DNA from: an uncultured delta proteobacterium
Lineage (GTDB): Bacteria; Myxococcota_A; Polyangia; Polyangiales; B10-G4
Reading direction: 5' to 3'
Assembly: GCA_963727445.1 (NCBI GenBank)
Contig: CAVSGI010000021.1
Coordinates: 416,001-480,000, forward strand
DNA: 64,000 bases
Under the pieces are notes generated by a model. The model made no database searches. It saw only the letters and a program-made list of their open reading frames with translations, and was not told the DNA's origin. Shown here in pieces: positions 62,201-64,000 of the stretch (position 1 is its first letter; each line of letters opens with the position of its first letter). Position numbers and translations under genes: made by a program.

Positions 62201-63655
62201 ATGATGACCAAGACACGACGATTCACCATGGGGCTCGCCATCGTCCTGACCGCCGCCGCTTGCGCCCTCATGCCGGGCGCTTTCGGTCGCGGCCATGGCC
62301 ACGCCCAGACCCGCGAAGAAAACCAACCCACCGCCCAGGAGCCGCAACCTGCGGCCGGTGGGAACGGCGCCATCGCCGATGCCACGCGCGTAGGGGACGC
62401 CGTCGCCACGGTGGCCCAGCGCGTCTCACCTTCGGTGGTGACGCTCCTGGTGGAGACACCCCGGCAGAACCCCATGGCCGGCTTTCCCTTCGGTCCCCGG
62501 GGCGGCGGTGGCGATTCCCAGATCGCGACAGGCAACGGCTCGGGCGTGATCATCCGCGGCGACGGCTACATCCTGACCAACAACCACGTCGTCGAGAACG
62601 CCATCCGCATCGACGTCGTCCTTCAGGATGGGCGCCACCTCCCCGCCACGGTGGTCGGCACCGACACCGCCACCGACCTGGCGGTGGTGCGCGTATCGGC
62701 GCGTGGCCTGCCGGCGGCCGATTGGGGTGATTCGGACGCCGCGCGCGTCGGTGAGTGGGTGGTCGCCATCGGCGCACCCTTCGGTCTCGACTACACCGTC
62801 ACCGCGGGCGTGCTCTCGGCGACGGGCCGCGGCATCGGCGCCAACGAGATCGAGGACTACCTGCAGACCGACGCGAGCATCAATCCGGGCAACTCCGGCG
62901 GACCGCTGGTGAACCTGCACGGGCAGATCCTCGGCATCAACACCATGATCATCGGGCGCGGTAGCGGTATCGGCTTCGCGATCCCCTCGTCGATGGCGCA
63001 CCTGGTGGCGGACCAGTTGATCCAGAACGGTGTGGTGCGGCGCGCCTACGTCGGCGTCGGCTTCCAGGAGCTCACTCCCGAGCTCGCCGGTCATTTCCGC
63101 GCACCGGGTGGGCACGGCGCGCTCGTCAACCACGTCGAGGCGGGTGGACCCGCCGAGCGCGCGGGTCTCGAGGAGGGCGACATCATCCTCTCGGTGGGCA
63201 ACGTGACGGTTCGCGAAGGGCGTGATCTCCTGCGCGAAGTCATCCGGCGCCCCGTCGGCGCCAACGTGCAGCTCAGCGTCCTGCGCAACGGCCGCCGCCG
63301 GAGCTTCACCGTCACCACCGCCGAGCGTCCGAACCAGCAACCGCAGCGCCCACCGCCGCGACCGGCGGTGCAGCCCCGCGGTCATGGCCACGGCGCCCAG
63401 CTGCGTCCGCTCAATCCGCAGATCCGCCGTCAGATCGGCTACGCCGGTCCCGGCGACGTGGTGGTGGCGCGCGTGCAGAGCGGCTCCGCGGCCGAGCGGG
63501 CGGGCCTCCGTGCCGGCGACGTGATCCTCCGGGCCGACCGCAAGCCGGTGAGCGCGCCGCGCATCGTCGACGAAGCCCTCGCGGGTGACCACGAAGCGCT
63601 GCTGCGCGTTCAACGCCGGGACCGGCGCTTCTTCACCGTGCTGTCGACGCGCTGA
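62201..63655 (+). CDS. degP: HtrA/DegP serine protease with two PDZ domains
   Basis: TNNHV, TDLAV, QTDASINPGNSGGP, two GD(I/V)I PDZ motifs. Confidence 0.93.
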   Translation: MMTKTRRFTMGLAIVLTAAACALMPGAFGRGHGHAQTREENQPTAQEPQPAAGGNGAIADATRVGDAVATVAQRVSPSVVTLLVETPRQNPMAGFPFGPRGGGGDSQIATGNGSGVIIRGDGYILTNNHVVENAIRIDVVLQDGRHLPATVVGTDTATDLAVVRVSARGLPAADWGDSDAARVGEWVVAIGAPFGLDYTVTAGVLSATGRGIGANEIEDYLQTDASINPGNSGGPLVNLHGQILGINTMIIGRGSGIGFAIPSSMAHLVADQLIQNGVVRRAYVGVGFQELTPELAGHFRAPGGHGALVNHVEAGGPAERAGLEEGDIILSVGNVTVREGRDLLREVIRRPVGANVQLSVLRNGRRRSFTVTTAERPNQQPQRPPPRPAVQPRGHGHGAQLRPLNPQIRRQIGYAGPGDVVVARVQSGSAAERAGLRAGDVILRADRKPVSAPRIVDEALAGDHEALLRVQRRDRRFFTVLSTR

Positions 63656-63666
63656 GGGCGCAGCCC

Positions 63667-64000
63667 TCAAGCGCCGCCGGGCGGGAGCTTCACGACGAAG
63701 GTCGTGCCCTCGCCCGGCTCGCTCCGCACTTCGATCTCGCCGCGGTGGGTGTCGACGATGTTCCTGACGATCGACAGACCGAGCCCGGTGCCGAGGCCTT
63801 CCTTCTTGGTGGAGTAGAAGGGCTCGAAGATCTGCCGGAGCTTCTCCGGAGGGATCCCGTCCCCGTCGTCCTCGACCTCGACGACGATGTCGCCCGCCAC
63901 GTCGGCGTCGACGCTGATGCGGATGTGACCGCCGGGGTCCACGGCGTGACAGGCATTGGTGACCAGGTTGATGAAGACCTGGTGAAGCTGGCCGGCGATG
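63667..64000 (-). CDS. Sensor histidine kinase, C-terminal HATPase part (5' end off window)
   Basis: QVFINLVTNA, DDGDGI, FEPFYSTK, GTGLGL, GTTF. Confidence 0.92.
   Translation of the reverse strand, partial: IAGQLHQVFINLVTNACHAVDPGGHIRISVDADVAGDIVVEVEDDGDGIPPEKLRQIFEPFYSTKKEGLGTGLGLSIVRNIVDTHRGEIEVRSEPGEGTTFVVKLPPGGA

Overview
High-GC, gene-dense chromosomal window. The gene content (three intact Ser/Thr kinases and a pseudokinase, PilZ, FHA, MYXO-CTERM-like proteases, TSP3-repeat OM protein, DUF1552) points to a myxobacterium, probably Polyangia/Sandaracinaceae-like; this is an inference. Housekeeping genes (hisD, hflX, xth, pcnB, nagZ, coaX, degP) are mixed with signalling genes, secreted lipoproteins, a CzcCBA-like RND pump with a divergent membrane-anchored LuxR regulator, an SSS transporter with a GH63-like hydrolase, and an SPFH plus NAD-kinase-like operon. 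About ten genes carry single-base frameshifts, most likely long-read assembly errors. I found no rRNA, tRNA, CRISPR array, transposase or prophage. The most notable signals are: (1) the SPFH/NADK-fold operon with an NrtR-type palindrome over its -35 box; (2) a ~160-bp hairpin element with terminal inverted repeats and CTAG flanks upstream of coaX, plus a diverged half-copy after another TAG stop; (3) a ferric-reductase-like trio with a possible flavinylation-motif peptide and a palindrome shared with the RND promoter; (4) a TraB-like OM protein cluster; (5) several enzymes that appear to have lost catalytic residues. All calls come from motif reading only; no searches were run.
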